Shown here one piece after another: positions 14,148 through 27,059 of a stretch of DNA of 64,000 nt (its first letter is position 1; each line of letters begins with the position of its first letter). Source of the stretch: the human T2T-CHM13v2.0 reference genome, Homo sapiens; NCBI RefSeq assembly GCF_009914755.1, contig NC_060933.1, one strand, 5' to 3'. Below the pieces are notes generated by a model. The model worked only from the letters and a program-made list of their open reading frames with translations, had not been told where the DNA came from and made no database searches. Both the position numbers and the translations under genes were made by a program.

Positions 14148-14810
14148 ACCGAATCCCACCCATACTGCGATGTATTTGTTCCCCCACTGCTATCCTTCCT
14201 GTTCACAAACCCCAGGCAAATCATGGTTCTCGTTGTAAACCAGGGAGAGACAAATGTGTTGTTTCTGTAAGTAGAATGAGTGGAAAGAAAAAAGACATGA
14301 AAGCATATGTTGTTAGGGGGTGGAGAATGAGCACCCCCTCAGCACCCAGTATTAGGATTTGGGGGGGCTCTGACTTCCATTGGGAAGTGGCTGTGCCCCT
14401 GGGTGTGAGCAAGCCAGCTTTTGAACGCCTGTATTTCACGCACTTCAGAAATAGGCTTGCTATGGTGAGACACGGGTGATGATGATGGAGAGGCTGCTGA
14501 GATAAAGGAGCCACTTGCCTGGAGGTACTGACACTCTCAGTCCTCTGTTTAGACTTGAGCGCGGGAGAACTGCCCCACCTCACTCAGACCATGCCAACAG
14601 TCCTGTTTTGGACCAGAAAATCAGTACCGAGGCGAGCTACCCAGAAAAGAGACGTTATGCAAGCCTTGAATTGCACTTTCATTACAGCTATTGAGGCAAA
14701 CATTTCCTCGCTCCCGGAGATTGAAAGAATCCACCCTATTTTTAGTAACTTACTAGAAACATAATTGCTTGTCCTCACTGACCAGAAGAAAACGCAGGGA
14801 ACGAACACGT

Positions 14811-14844
14811 TGCAGTTATCCCCGGTGTCCACTAGATGGCGGTG
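14811..14844 (+). promoter_or_regulatory. Predicted CTCF binding site (core plus upstream module)
   Basis: Core tgtCCACTAGATGGCGgtg (14826-14844), with TGCAG at 14811-14815, 13 nt upstream of CCAC; lies in unique, CpG-retaining sequence. Confidence 0.75.
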
Positions 14845-16149
14845 TACGTCTTCCTGAGAAGCCCGGCCTGGCTGCCGCTCGCAACAACTCCTTGGGTTAA
14901 GGAAGACAAGTGCCACTCGTCCTTTGGGAGACAGCCGGGTCCTCTCATTGTTGGCACAAACAGCTCCAAACAATTGCACTGACCACACAGCTCTAAGCCA
15001 CATTCCAGGGCGCTGCCGTCTGCTCAGGAGTGAATGCTGGGAAAATGAACCAAGCTGCTAATTTGCTTGATTGGGGGAAAAATAAGATCTCCAGTAACAA
15101 TGGGCGTAATTTATTTTTCCAACAAGAATAGGGGCAATGCCATTTCATCCCCCCTCCCAATTGCTACCATAAATGAAAGCAATCACCTAATTAGTCCTGA
15201 ATTACTAACTGGCAGGGTAATGGATCTGCTGAAAATTAAGCTGAAGTGGAGAATTTGGAGAGGGGGATGTGATTTCGTGGGCAGGAGGGGTGGGAAGGGA
15301 AGGGAGGTGAAGGCGTGGAGCCCATTGTAGGGCCCTGGGCCCCTGCGGTCTGGGGGTTATGCTGGCCCTGACCCTAGGAGAACAAGGGGCTCAGTGAGTC
15401 TCTGGGCCATTCATTTTGTGCAGGAGAATGACTTTCTAAACCCTAAACCGAGGAAAAAGCATCTGCTGGGGAAGACATGCCCCTGAGTTCCTTTTAAAGT
15501 GTTACAGATGTAGATGAATTGGCTTAGGAAAGAGAACACAGCCCTGTGGGGCCTGGCCACCCCGCTGATGGGGCCGGACAGGCGGACCCCACAGGGAGAC
15601 TCTTGAATGCCTTCTCTCCTGAAACACAATGAGGGAAATTACAGCAAATCTGAGACTGAGTTTGGATTTTAGTGCTTAAGAAATACCCAAAGGGAATGAA
15701 ATAAATGCCTAGTTACAGATTTTGTGTTTTTGCATGCATCCTTAGTCTTCGCCCCTTCCTCAATGGAAATAATGAAGCATCCCCACACCCTGTGGCAGGC
15801 CCTCTCCTGGAGAAAAGCAGAACAATAGGAGAGTAGGTAAGGGCTGAGATCTTCCACACAAAGGCTCCACAAATTGAAGGACTAATTTATTTGTTCAGAG
15901 ATGCCTTCTTGTTTTTTAGTTAGATATCACTTTAATTGAAATACTTTACTAATGCGATTTATCACAACTGTAAACTGTCAGTTTCCACAGCTGTTGCCTT
16001 TTTCAAGCAATCTGGCAAATGTGTGTGGGTAAAAACACAAAGAAGGTTGAGGAGGAGTGGGCTCAGGCTGTCTCTTCCCCACTCAGCTGGTCCACAGGCC
16101 CCTCACCTCCGCCAAAAACATATGCTCTTCTTCCTTAGAGGGACCCACT

Positions 16150-16842
16150 TCAATTCTAGCGCACATCTGTTGTCTTGGCTTCTAAACATCCATCCCCCCT
16201 CTCCTTGGAGGAGTACCTGGTTTTCTTTTGGGGACCTATCCTTTTCCCCATATCAGCCCATGTGGCTTAGATGAGGTGACCCTACTTTCCTGCTGTGGGG
16301 TGGGTGCGTATCCCAGCTCTGGCCTAAAGGTACCCTCTTCCGCCTCTCTTGGCTGTGTTGATTGGCTCTTAAGAGTTGCCAGAATTAGCAAAACATCAAC
16401 AGCAAAAACAAACCAAAATACTCAGTTAAATTTCAGATAAGCAACTATGATTTTTTTTTACTACTATTATGTTTATTACTATTATTAATGTCTTTTGCAT
16501 GGAGAATACTTATATTAAAAACAATGTATTGTTTATCTGAAATTCAAATTTAGAGAGGCATCCTGTATTTTATCTGGCAACGCCATTGGTTCCAAGAAAG
16601 GGACGTGACCAAAAGTGGTCAATTCATATTCAGCTCAGGACTTTTATTGGAGTTTTGGGGAAAGAAGTATTTAAAAAGAAATCTGTTGGGGTTGCTAAAC
16701 TGGTAGGTTATGTGCTTACAACTGTTGGTGATGATCTTTGCTACTTTGTGGGAACAGCTGCCTGAAATGGGAGCCAAGGCCACAAAGATCAGACCTGTTT
16801 CATTGGAGCAGGTGGATCCAGCTGTTCCTGAAGCTGGCCCTG
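16150..16842 (+). mobile_element. Old MaLR LTR (MLT1K/L-like) interrupted by MER53
   Basis: ttttcttttggggacctatcc...cagcccatgtggcttagatgaggtgaccc and ggatccagctgttcctgaagct. Confidence 0.6.
16370..16585. mobile_element. MER53 palindromic hAT MITE
   Basis: Termini gagttgccaga / tctggcaacgcca; internal arms aatttcagataa / ttatctgaaatt; TSD ttggctct/ttggttcc. Confidence 0.85.
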
Positions 16843-17081
16843 TGGTTGGTGGAGATCAGGGTCCCAATGGCCAGGTGGGATCACAATTTTCTACCTCTTG
16901 AGCCTGGAAAGTAGAAACATCAGCACCAGAATATGCCCACTGAGCACTGGCTTCTATTTAATCAAAAGAGTGGTAAATGGATATTGAGCAGCAAAAATAA
17001 CTGATGTCCAGTACACCCTATATTGTTTTCTAATTGTTTTGTCACATGTAACATCAGCCCTTTTACGAGACAGCGTGGTTG

Positions 17082-18478
17082 TGAGAGGTGACAACGAGGG
17101 GCGGCCCTCGTTCGCTCTCAGCACCTCTTCGGCCTCGGCGTCCGCTCTGGCCATGCTCGAGGAGCCCTTCAGCCCGCCACTGCGCTGTGGGGGCCCCTCT
17201 CCGGGCTGGTCGAGGCCGGGAGCCAGCTCCCTCTGGTTGCGGGAAGGTGTGGAGGGAGAGGTGCGGGCGGGAACCGGGGCTGCGCGCGGTGCTAGCAGGC
17301 CAGCGCGAGTTCCGAGTGGGTGTGGGCTCTGTGGGCCCCGCACTGGGAGCGGCTGGCCGGCCGGCGCCACCGCCCCGGGGCAGTGAGAGGCTTAGCACCT
17401 GGGCCAGCAGCTGCGAGAGTGCGCCGGGTTCCCCAGCAGTGCCGGCCCACTGGTGCTGCGCTCAAATTCTCGCCAGCCCTCAGCTGCCTCCCCGCGGGGC
17501 AGGGCTTGGGACCTGCAGCCCCCATGCCCTAGCCTCCCCACCCCCAACGTGGGCTCCTGCGCAGCCTGAGCCTCCCCGAGGAGCGCCACCGCCTGCTCTG
17601 TGGCACCCAGTCCCATTGACTGCCCAAGGGCTGAGGAGTGCGGGTGCATGGCGTGGGACTGGCGGGCAGCTCTGTCGGCACCCCGATGCCAGATCCACTA
17701 GATGAAGCCAGCAGAGCTCCTGAGTCTAGTGGGGACTTGGAGAACCTTTATGTCTAGCTAAGGGATTGTAAATACACCAATCAGCACTCTGTGTCTAGCT
17801 CAAGGTTTGTAAATGCACCAATCAGCATTCCGTATCTAGCTAATCTGGTGGGGACTTGGAGAACTTTTGTGTCTAGCTCAGGGACTGTAAACGCACCACT
17901 CAGCACCCTGTCAAAACGGACCAATCAGCTCTCTGTAAAACAGACCGATCAGCTCTCTGTAAAATGGACCAATCAGCAGGATGTGGGTGGGACCAGATAA
18001 GGGAATAAAAGCAGGCTGCCTGAAGCAGCACTGGCAACCTGCTCGGGTTACCTTCCACCGTGTGGAAGCTTAGTTGTTTTGCTGTTTGCAATAAATGTTG
18101 CTGCTGCTCACTCTTTGGGTCCGCACTGTCTTTATGAGTTGTAACACTCACCATGAAGGTCTGCAGCTTCACTCCTGAGGCCAGCGACACCACGAACCCA
18201 CCGGGAGGAATGAACAACTCCGGACGGGAGGAACGGAGAACTCCAGACGCGCTGCCTGAAGAGCTGTAACACTCACCGCGAAGGTCTGCAGCTTCATTCC
18301 TGAAGCCAGGGAGACCACAAATCCATCAGAAGAAAAAAAACGCTGAACATGTCCGAACATCAGAAGGAACAAACTCCAGACACGCCATCTTTAAGAACTG
18401 TAACACTCATTCACTGTGAGGGTCCCCGGCTTCATTCTTGAAGTCAGTGAGACCAAGAACCCACCAATTCCAGACACA
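17082..18478 (+). mobile_element. ERV9 solo LTR, long form (LTR12C/D/E group)
   Basis: Starts tgagaggtgacaacg and ends ccaccaattccagacaca; GC/CpG-rich 5' U3, CCAAT repeats, gggaataaaagc box at ~18001; perfect 4-bp TSD gttg/gttg. Confidence 0.96.
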
Positions 18479-18499
18479 GTTGGAATCAGGGTCTGCTAT

Positions 18500-18708
18500 A
18501 TTTGTGTTTGGAACTGGAGACCTGAACTTCAAATCTGCCTCTGGCTGAGTGGCTTTGTAGTCATGGTGACCTCTACAAACCTGAGATTCTCATTCTGAAA
18601 ACTAAGGACAGGGGTACTTTTCTCTAGAGGCTGGGAGTGAGGAATCTGTGACAAAGTATGTAAGCACCTGTCACAGGGCCTGATATGGAGTAGGTGTCCC
18701 ACAGAGGT
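18500..18708 (+). mobile_element. MIR
   Basis: agacctgaacttcaaatctgcctct...ttctcattctgaaaact...taagcacctgtcacagggcctgatat. Confidence 0.65.
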
Positions 18709-19789
18709 CTTTCCCCGTCTGAGAGAGGATGTGCTTAACTTCATAACTTAAGGAGAGTGGTAATTAAAGTCTGAGGATATTGCTAGCACCATAGCGGCCC
18801 TATCATCGCCAGGCATCAGGTGACTGTGTATGCTGGATGGCTTTCATGCATTGTCGTGTACACCTTCTCATTTCATTTTGGCACAGAATCTCCTCTTTCT
18901 TTACATTGTTTTTCTTCTTATGCTGCTTTCAGGACGGGAGCTTTGCTTTGTGTTGATACACGCAGCGAATCCGTCAAAACTTGATTGTTGTATTTTCTGT
19001 GTCTCAGTGACATTTACCGAATTATTTGGTTATTTGAGACCAACAAACCATTTCTCTCCTACGTTAACATTAGTCGATTTGACTCAAAGGAATAAAGTGA
19101 AGGCAAGAGCACTATCTCACAGTGACAACGTTGTGCTCCATTTTACTGGGATTTTCCAGAGCTTAACGAGGTAGGTTTGGAACATCTAATCAGGGAAGAG
19201 GTTAGTCTGGAACTTGCCATTTAGAGTTGGAAGGAGTTGAAGTTTTGCCCCAGTGAGTCAGTGACAGGACTAGAATTCAGGCCTGGCCCACAAGCCCATG
19301 CGTCAGGCTGCCGGAGTCTCCGCCAAGCCTGCAGCACACACATCCTCTGGGACCTTTCAAAGATGTTTCAGTTGGTTGGGCTGCTTTGTTTTGAAGCTCT
19401 CAGGGATGGACGTTAAATGCAGATGAGTGTTGTCTCCAGTGGGGAGGAAAGCTGGCGAAGGGAAGAAGGTTCTCTGAGGTTCTCTCAGAACGTGCTGTGG
19501 GGCTGCAGTGTGGAGAGGGCTGAGATGAACTTTAGACAAATGTTCATGGGGGATATGTTTGTCCCCTCCTTGTGTGAAACAGCAAAGCTACCAATCCTCA
19601 GGGAATAAAGAGGTAAGAAACAGTCACCTTTCAAAGAGTTGGAAATGCAGTATCCTCCTCCTCATCTCTCCTGCCTCCCCTTCCCCCCGTCTTTATTTTT
19701 GTAGAAGGATTCATCAATTAAGGAGGTCTATTCTCTCTCACCACCACCTCTCCTCTTGCTCTGTTTGGCTCAGGCAGGGAAGGGGAGAA

Positions 19790-20337
19790 GCAGCACAGTC
19801 TAGTGAGAGGACACAAGCTCTTCAGAGTCCTGAATCAGTTTTCTAGCTATGCATCTGGGTAAGATTCTTAACCCATTTCCTTATCCGTAAGATGGGCACA
19901 CATATGTCCATTTTCTGTCTTTTCTTTTTTTTTTTTTCTTTTTTTGAGATGGAGTCTCACTCTGTCACCCAGGCTGGAGTGCAGGGGTGTGATCTCGGCT
20001 TACTGCAACCTTTGCCACCCGAGTTCAAGTGATTCTCCTGCCTCAGCCTCCTGAGTAGCTGGGATTACGGGCACCTGCCACCACGCCTGGCGAAGTTTTT
20101 GTATTTTTATTAGAGACAGTTTCACCATCTTGGCCAGGCTGGCCTTCAACTTCTGACCTCATGATCCACCCGCCTCGGCCTCCCAAAGTGCTAGGATTAT
20201 AGGCGTGAGCCACTGCGCCCGGTCACATGTCTACTTTCTAGGGCTCTGGTTGGGATTAAATTCATATATAATGATGAAATATGTTAATCTACCAGTATAT
20301 AATAGTTGCTCAATAAATAGTAAGTTCATTATCATTG
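19790..20337 (+). mobile_element. MIR split by an Alu
   Basis: tttccttatccgtaagatggg before the Alu; gggattaaa...tgctcaataaatagt after it. Confidence 0.6.
19917..20224 (-). mobile_element. AluS (Sg-like)
   Basis: Full Alu; 15-bp TSD atatgtccattttct/acatgtctactttct. Confidence 0.93.
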
Positions 20338-20469
20338 TCTCAGGAAGGCTACAGAGGGGTGGCATGAAAAATGTTAATGTGGAAGAGTGTTTAGATGCAG
20401 GTGATAGCAATGGCTGACGCTACAGCAATGACTGCATTAGTAGCAATACTTTAGGTTTAACTAATTTAA

Positions 20470-20595
20470 GCCTCCTCTTTACAGATGTGAAAACCAAGGC
20501 ACAGAAAGATTAAGCGATTTGCCCAAGGCTACACAGCTTGTAGTACAGAGCCTGTGTGCAAATCATTGAGGCTCTTCAGTGTAAGCCATGTGCTC
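20470..20595 (-). mobile_element. MIR core
   Basis: tttacagatgtgaaaaccaaggcacagaaagattaagcgatttgcccaaggctacacagct. Confidence 0.8.
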
Positions 20596-20809
20596 TAGGG
20601 GCAGCGTGACATGTGGCTGGCTGTGAAAGTCACCCTGGCAAGGCACATGTGGTATCAGAAAGAGGAAAGGAGAGTTGCTGGAAACAAAGGTATACTCTGG
20701 TCTTTGGACTGAGCCATTGCTTCAGTCTAATTAGAATCTATTAAGTGAGCTGAGGTCAGCTGCAGGTGACTGGCAGGTGGCGTGAAAGGCCACGAGAGGT
20801 GACTTTCAG

Positions 20810-21384
<575 letters not shown>

Positions 21385-21508
21385 TTCCTTATGTAATGAC
21401 ATATCCCTGCTATCCAAAAGGAAGATCTAGCCCCAAGTTCTTGCTGTACCCTAATAAATAATACACACTTGTTCATTTCACATTTATATTATTGGGAAGG
21501 GCTGCTCA

Positions 21509-21821
<313 letters not shown>

Positions 21822-22152
21822 AAAAAGCCCTGCCTGAGGGCAACTTTCTGTTTCTACCTAGAAATTTCTCTTCTTAAGCAATTTTGATACATCTTACTAC
21901 TTTCCCACACTTTCAACTTTGTGAGAAAGTATATAATGTATTTCCTGAGTTTGTAAAGAACTTCAAGAGGTGATAGTTGTGCTAAATCTTAAAACATATA
22001 AAAAATTGGCTGAGTGGATTAATATTCTGTTGCCACTGCAATGATGTAGCTTTTTCATTTTATTGAGAGAAGATAAATACACTCATCAAACATCTCCTGG
22101 AGGATAATTATCATTGTCTTATGGATTTTTTTTCTATTGTCTTTTGCTTTCT

Positions 22153-22835
22153 GTCTTTTTTTTTTTTTTTTTTTGAGACAGGGTCTTGCACTGTTGCTCA
22201 GGCTGGAGTGCAGTGGCATGATCATAGCTCACTGTAACTATGACTTCGCCTGGGCTCAAGAGATCCTCCCACCTCAGCCTCTGGAGTAGCTGGGACCACA
22301 GGCATGTACCACCATGCCTGGCTAACTTTTACAATTATTTGTAGAGACAGGGTGTATTACTCCGTTCTCACACTGCTATAAGAACATACCCAAGACAGGG
22401 TAATTATAAAGGAAAGGGGTTTGGTTGACTCACAGTTCAGCATGGCTGAGGAGGCCTCAGGAAACTTAAAATTATGGTGGAAGGGGAAGCAAACACATCC
22501 TTCTTCACAGGGCGGCAGGAAGGAGAAGAATGAGAGCTGAGCAAGGGGGGAAGCCCCCTTATAAAACCATCAGATCTCGTGAGAACTTACTATCACAAGA
22601 ATAGCATGGGGGAAACTGCTCCCATGATTCAATTACCTCCCACTGGGTCCCTCCCACCACATGTGGGGATCATGAGTACTACCATTCAATATGAGATTTG
22701 GGAGGGGACACAGCCAAACCATATCACAGAGTCTCACTATGTTGCCCAGGCTGGTCTCAAACTCCTGGGCTCAAGCGCTTCTCCCACCTTGGCCTCCCAA
22801 AATGCTGGATTATAGGCATGAACCTCCATGCCTGG
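22153..22835 (-). mobile_element. AluJ split by a THE1 LTR
   Basis: Alu pieces at 22153-22352 and 22727-22835; 15-bp TSD tgtcttttgctttct/tgtcttttgctctct. Confidence 0.92.
22353..22726 (-). mobile_element. THE1 (C/D-like) MaLR solo LTR
   Basis: tgtattactccgttctcacactgct...gggacacagccaaaccatatca; 5-bp TSD caggg/cagag. Confidence 0.93.
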
Positions 22836-22960
22836 TGTCTTTTGCTCTCTCAAGTAAAAGTACTGTCCCATTTGTTAATGAGTTTAATGTGTTCAGCAGT
22901 AAAGAGTGCTAAATCTCATCTCATCTTAGGACACCGATTTTATAGAGAAGGGATCCACAG

Positions 22961-23182
22961 TAGGGGCTGGCGAACTATGGTCTGTGGACCAAATCTGGCT
23001 CACCACCAACTTTTTGAAGTTCAAGTTTCATTTGAACACAGCCACGCCGTTCATTTATGTATTGTCTATGGCTGCTTTGTGCTACAATGACAGCACTGAG
23101 TATTCGTAGTAGAGATAGCGTGACCCACAAAGCCTCCACTATTTACTATCTGGCTCCTTAAGAAAAAGCTTACTGACTCCTC
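22961..23182. mobile_element. MER58A (hAT-Charlie)
   Basis: aggggctggcgaactatggtctgtggaccaaatctggc...cacaaagcctccactatttactatctggc. Confidence 0.88.
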
Positions 23183-23553
23183 ACGTAGAGCAGAGAGTGG
23201 CCAAGACCTTGTCCAACGTCACAAAATATTCCTAAGTGGCAATGTTGTGTCTTACAATTCTTCATTTTTTGGGGGTGATTTTTGTTTTCTTTTTGCTCAC
23301 CATTGCCTTCCTTATTCCAATTATTGTAAAGGAGGCCACACCCACCCCAATCCCAGCAGAGAAGTAGACTTTGAGTAAAACTTCCACACCATAAAAATAA
23401 AGGTGAGCTACAGTATTGGCAAGGCATGGGAAAGCTGGAAGCTCCAGGGAATACGGGAATGTAATAATCATGTGAGTGAAGAATATATATCTCATCCCCT
23501 AGGTTTCTTAGGTGCAAATGATAACTTTTGAGCATTGACAACACAGGGTCGTC

Positions 23554-23633
23554 ATGGTTTTGCGATTTTGAATTGTGGGGTATTCATTTTCTATGGTTTT
23601 GCGATTTTGAATTGTGGGGTATTCATTTTCTAT
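23554..23633. repeat. Perfect 39-bp direct tandem duplication
   Basis: atggttttgcgattttgaattgtggggtattcattttct x2 (23554-23592, 23593-23631), plus at. Confidence 0.95.
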
Positions 23634-25513
23634 CTTTTACTCTGGGGTACAATTAGCCCCATTTCATAGAAAAAAATCCCAGCTCTTCGTTTATAGAACT
23701 TCCCCCCATTTCTCAAGAAGCTCAAGGTCATCAGAAAATTAGAGATTTTAAGCTTTACAAATACCTACAATGAAACCATACACATTCACAGCTGAAGGTT
23801 AAGACATCAAACCTCAGGAGGTATCCTGGGTTTTGAAAGTGACATGTGCCTTCCAGATCTGCTTGCATTTTTTTTTCCCAGAAGCATATTGGGGGATTTA
23901 ATTCCAGCATATTTTATAGGTGCTTGCACAGCCAGAGATTGCTTTATTTCATTGCATAAATAACAAAGATCTTCTGTACATTCCTTTATTTCTCCCTTTG
24001 AGCTACAAGAATTGCAGCAGGCCTAAGATTCGCACACATATACTTGACATAAATGTGTATCGAAGATGGGGGAATAATAAGGACTAGCTTTTATAGACCT
24101 CTCTCATTAAAACTCACCTTCAAAAAACACTCCTGCTCTTTCCTTATAATCAAATGACACCTCATAACCAGCTAACCATTTTTAATATTCCTCAGACTCT
24201 ACTGAACTATGCTGGAGCTCAGACACTGTCTAGCTAGTCAGGGAGAAGAGTCTACCATCATATTTAAAAGCAGTTATTGGGACAGGTTTTACAGGCAGTG
24301 GGCTAGGACAATTCAGAAACAATTGCTTATGTGATAGTTGGAGGATTTGTCCCTGTCAAACAGTTAATATTGCTTTAATACATGAAGTAGGCTGTATAAG
24401 ACGGCAATAATGAAAAATGTCAGGAAAGACAATATCAATTGTTATTCAACATCCACATCAAAGATTACTTTTTTGTCAGTAGCTTTCAGAAAATGTATTT
24501 TCCATCAGATCTGATTGCGTTCCTCTTTGAAGTGCTCCATCCTCCCGGTAGATTTAATGTGACATCTAGGCACTTTTAGTCCCTGGGCCTCTGAGGCGAT
24601 TCAGAGAGGCACAACAAGCCATCACAGGTTTATCCTCAAAGGCCGACACTGTCTGTCTGATTTATTGTAACTTTAAGAATCATCTCCAGCAAAGCATGAG
24701 CCTTGCTACCCATCCACAGTGCCAGACTTTTATCAGTTCATTTGTATGCAGCCGGTACCGCTTGCAACCTAGAGCCCTATAGCCACTCATGGAAAATGCA
24801 TTACCTGCGACTAATCCTTTTTATCTTTAAAGTCTGTATTTTTTATGTATAAGTCACTTTGGGTTATCATAAAATATACATAATTCTCCCCCCCCTTAAA
24901 AAAAGACAAAATGGAAAGAGAATATGTAATAAGTTATGAGCGTGTGGTGTCCTTATCAGCAAGGATTCTAAATAAACAGCTCTCTTTATGGAAACATCGA
25001 GGGATATAAAGCTGTGATTACTTTCAATGGGAAATAGGAATGTTCCCAGTGTTTTGTTTCTTTTAGGTTTCAAAGTGAAACAGTAAGATTAATCATCGGA
25101 AATATGCCTGTGTGTGCTTCCACTTGCCAGTGTGTTCGCTTGGGGGTGGGGGCTGGGGGTGCCGGGAGAGTAAGCGGGGCGGGGGTAGAGGCTAATGGTT
25201 GTCTGGTCCATTTCACAGGTTTCCCAAATTGCTTCACTCCACAAACGTTTTCCAAGCCATTTGTGAATGGCCTTAATTAAGAAGACTGGAAATGTGTCTC
25301 CTGTCTCCTTCACAGGCCCCACCCCAATGCCGTTCTGGGGTCCGAACCTTAGGGGCTATTGAAATGCCTGTCCCCAATATCGTAAGTGCTGTTTGCCGTT
25401 TTGTGTTGCTCTGTGATTGTTTCAGATATTCAAACTCCGCTAGGTTTTGAATCTTTACAAGCACGGGAAATTCTCTTCTACTTTAAACAAAATATAGGAG
25501 GTCATGCCCCGAT

Positions 25514-25723
25514 CGGGGGCCAGCAAACCTGCCCACAGACCAAATCCTGCCAGGGCCTGTTTTTGTTCGTGAAGGTTTATTGGAGCCCAGACAATTTGTT
25601 GAAATAGTGTCTGTGGCTGCTTCCACACCACAGCAGCGGAGTTCGTGGCTGCCATAGACTATGGTCCACAAAGCCAAAAATATTTACTATCAGGCCCTTT
25701 ACAGAAACATTTTTTGACCCCTG
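25514..25723. mobile_element. MER58A, second copy
   Basis: cgggggccagcaaac...cacaaagccaaaaatatttactatcaggccctttacagaaa...gacccctg. Confidence 0.85.
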
Positions 25724-26061
25724 CCCTGGAACCATATGTAGAATTTTAAATTAATTAAGCTGATTAACCCAATGTACAATGTACTTGACCTAGGGGTAAA
25801 AAAGTTCTTTTGGGGATAGAGGAAATGGTCTGGAAAGATGTACCACAAACTGTTGACAAAAACTTCTAAGTGGGAATTGAGTTGAGAATTGAAGAGAAGC
25901 TTTTTACTGTTTTATACTTCTGGTGTTTATGAAATAATATGGCAGACGTTTTTAGAATTTGTTTTGTTTTCAGGGATGCTGTCCTCCCTTGGGCTAGGCC
26001 CTACTCTCTGCTACAATGGGACAACAGTTTTCGGGACGTTGAGAGAGAGTACCAATCACTA

Positions 26062-26490
<429 letters not shown>

Positions 26491-27059
26491 CTAAACAATG
26501 CTGGACCCCCAAACTGGCATGCTTTAAAGGTGGGAGAGGCAGACCAAGGGGGTGTGCTTGCAAGCCACAGCCAAGCTCTGGGGGGCTTGTGGGGAGATTG
26601 CAAAAAAAGAGGGTAGGTGGTCACTGGGGCAGAAATTGTGAGCATACCTCCCACTACTTTTAGGAGTCTGGGGGATCCATTTCTTTCTTCTTTAATTGAA
26701 ACAAAAGCAAAGAAGTGTGATCTTTAGGTGAAAAGGAATTTTGAACTAGAAAATCTGCAGTCATTACATGCCCCCTCCTTTATTTTTACATGCAAATCAT
26801 CTTTGGGGAAAGGATCTCAGGGATCTTGTTGGAACTTGCTTGAAAACAATAGGCTGAGTCTATTAGCACCCTGTTCTTCACAAGAAAAGAAAAAGAATCA
26901 TTTTGAAGTAGTGTCAGAAGATGTTAAGATTTTATGAGGGCTTCGCATAACACTCGTCTGTATCACTTTCCAATGGAAAAAAATCAGATTTATTCTCACA
27001 GATGTTGCTGACACGTTAGCATCTTAGAAAATCATTTTGCAACAACCCATCTAAACTCC

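Noticed and set aside
17088-17705. 205-aa ORF, the longest in the window, and overlapping ORFs
   Set aside because: Entirely inside the GC-rich LTR12 U3, where stop codons are rare; open in several frames on both strands with no recognisable domain.
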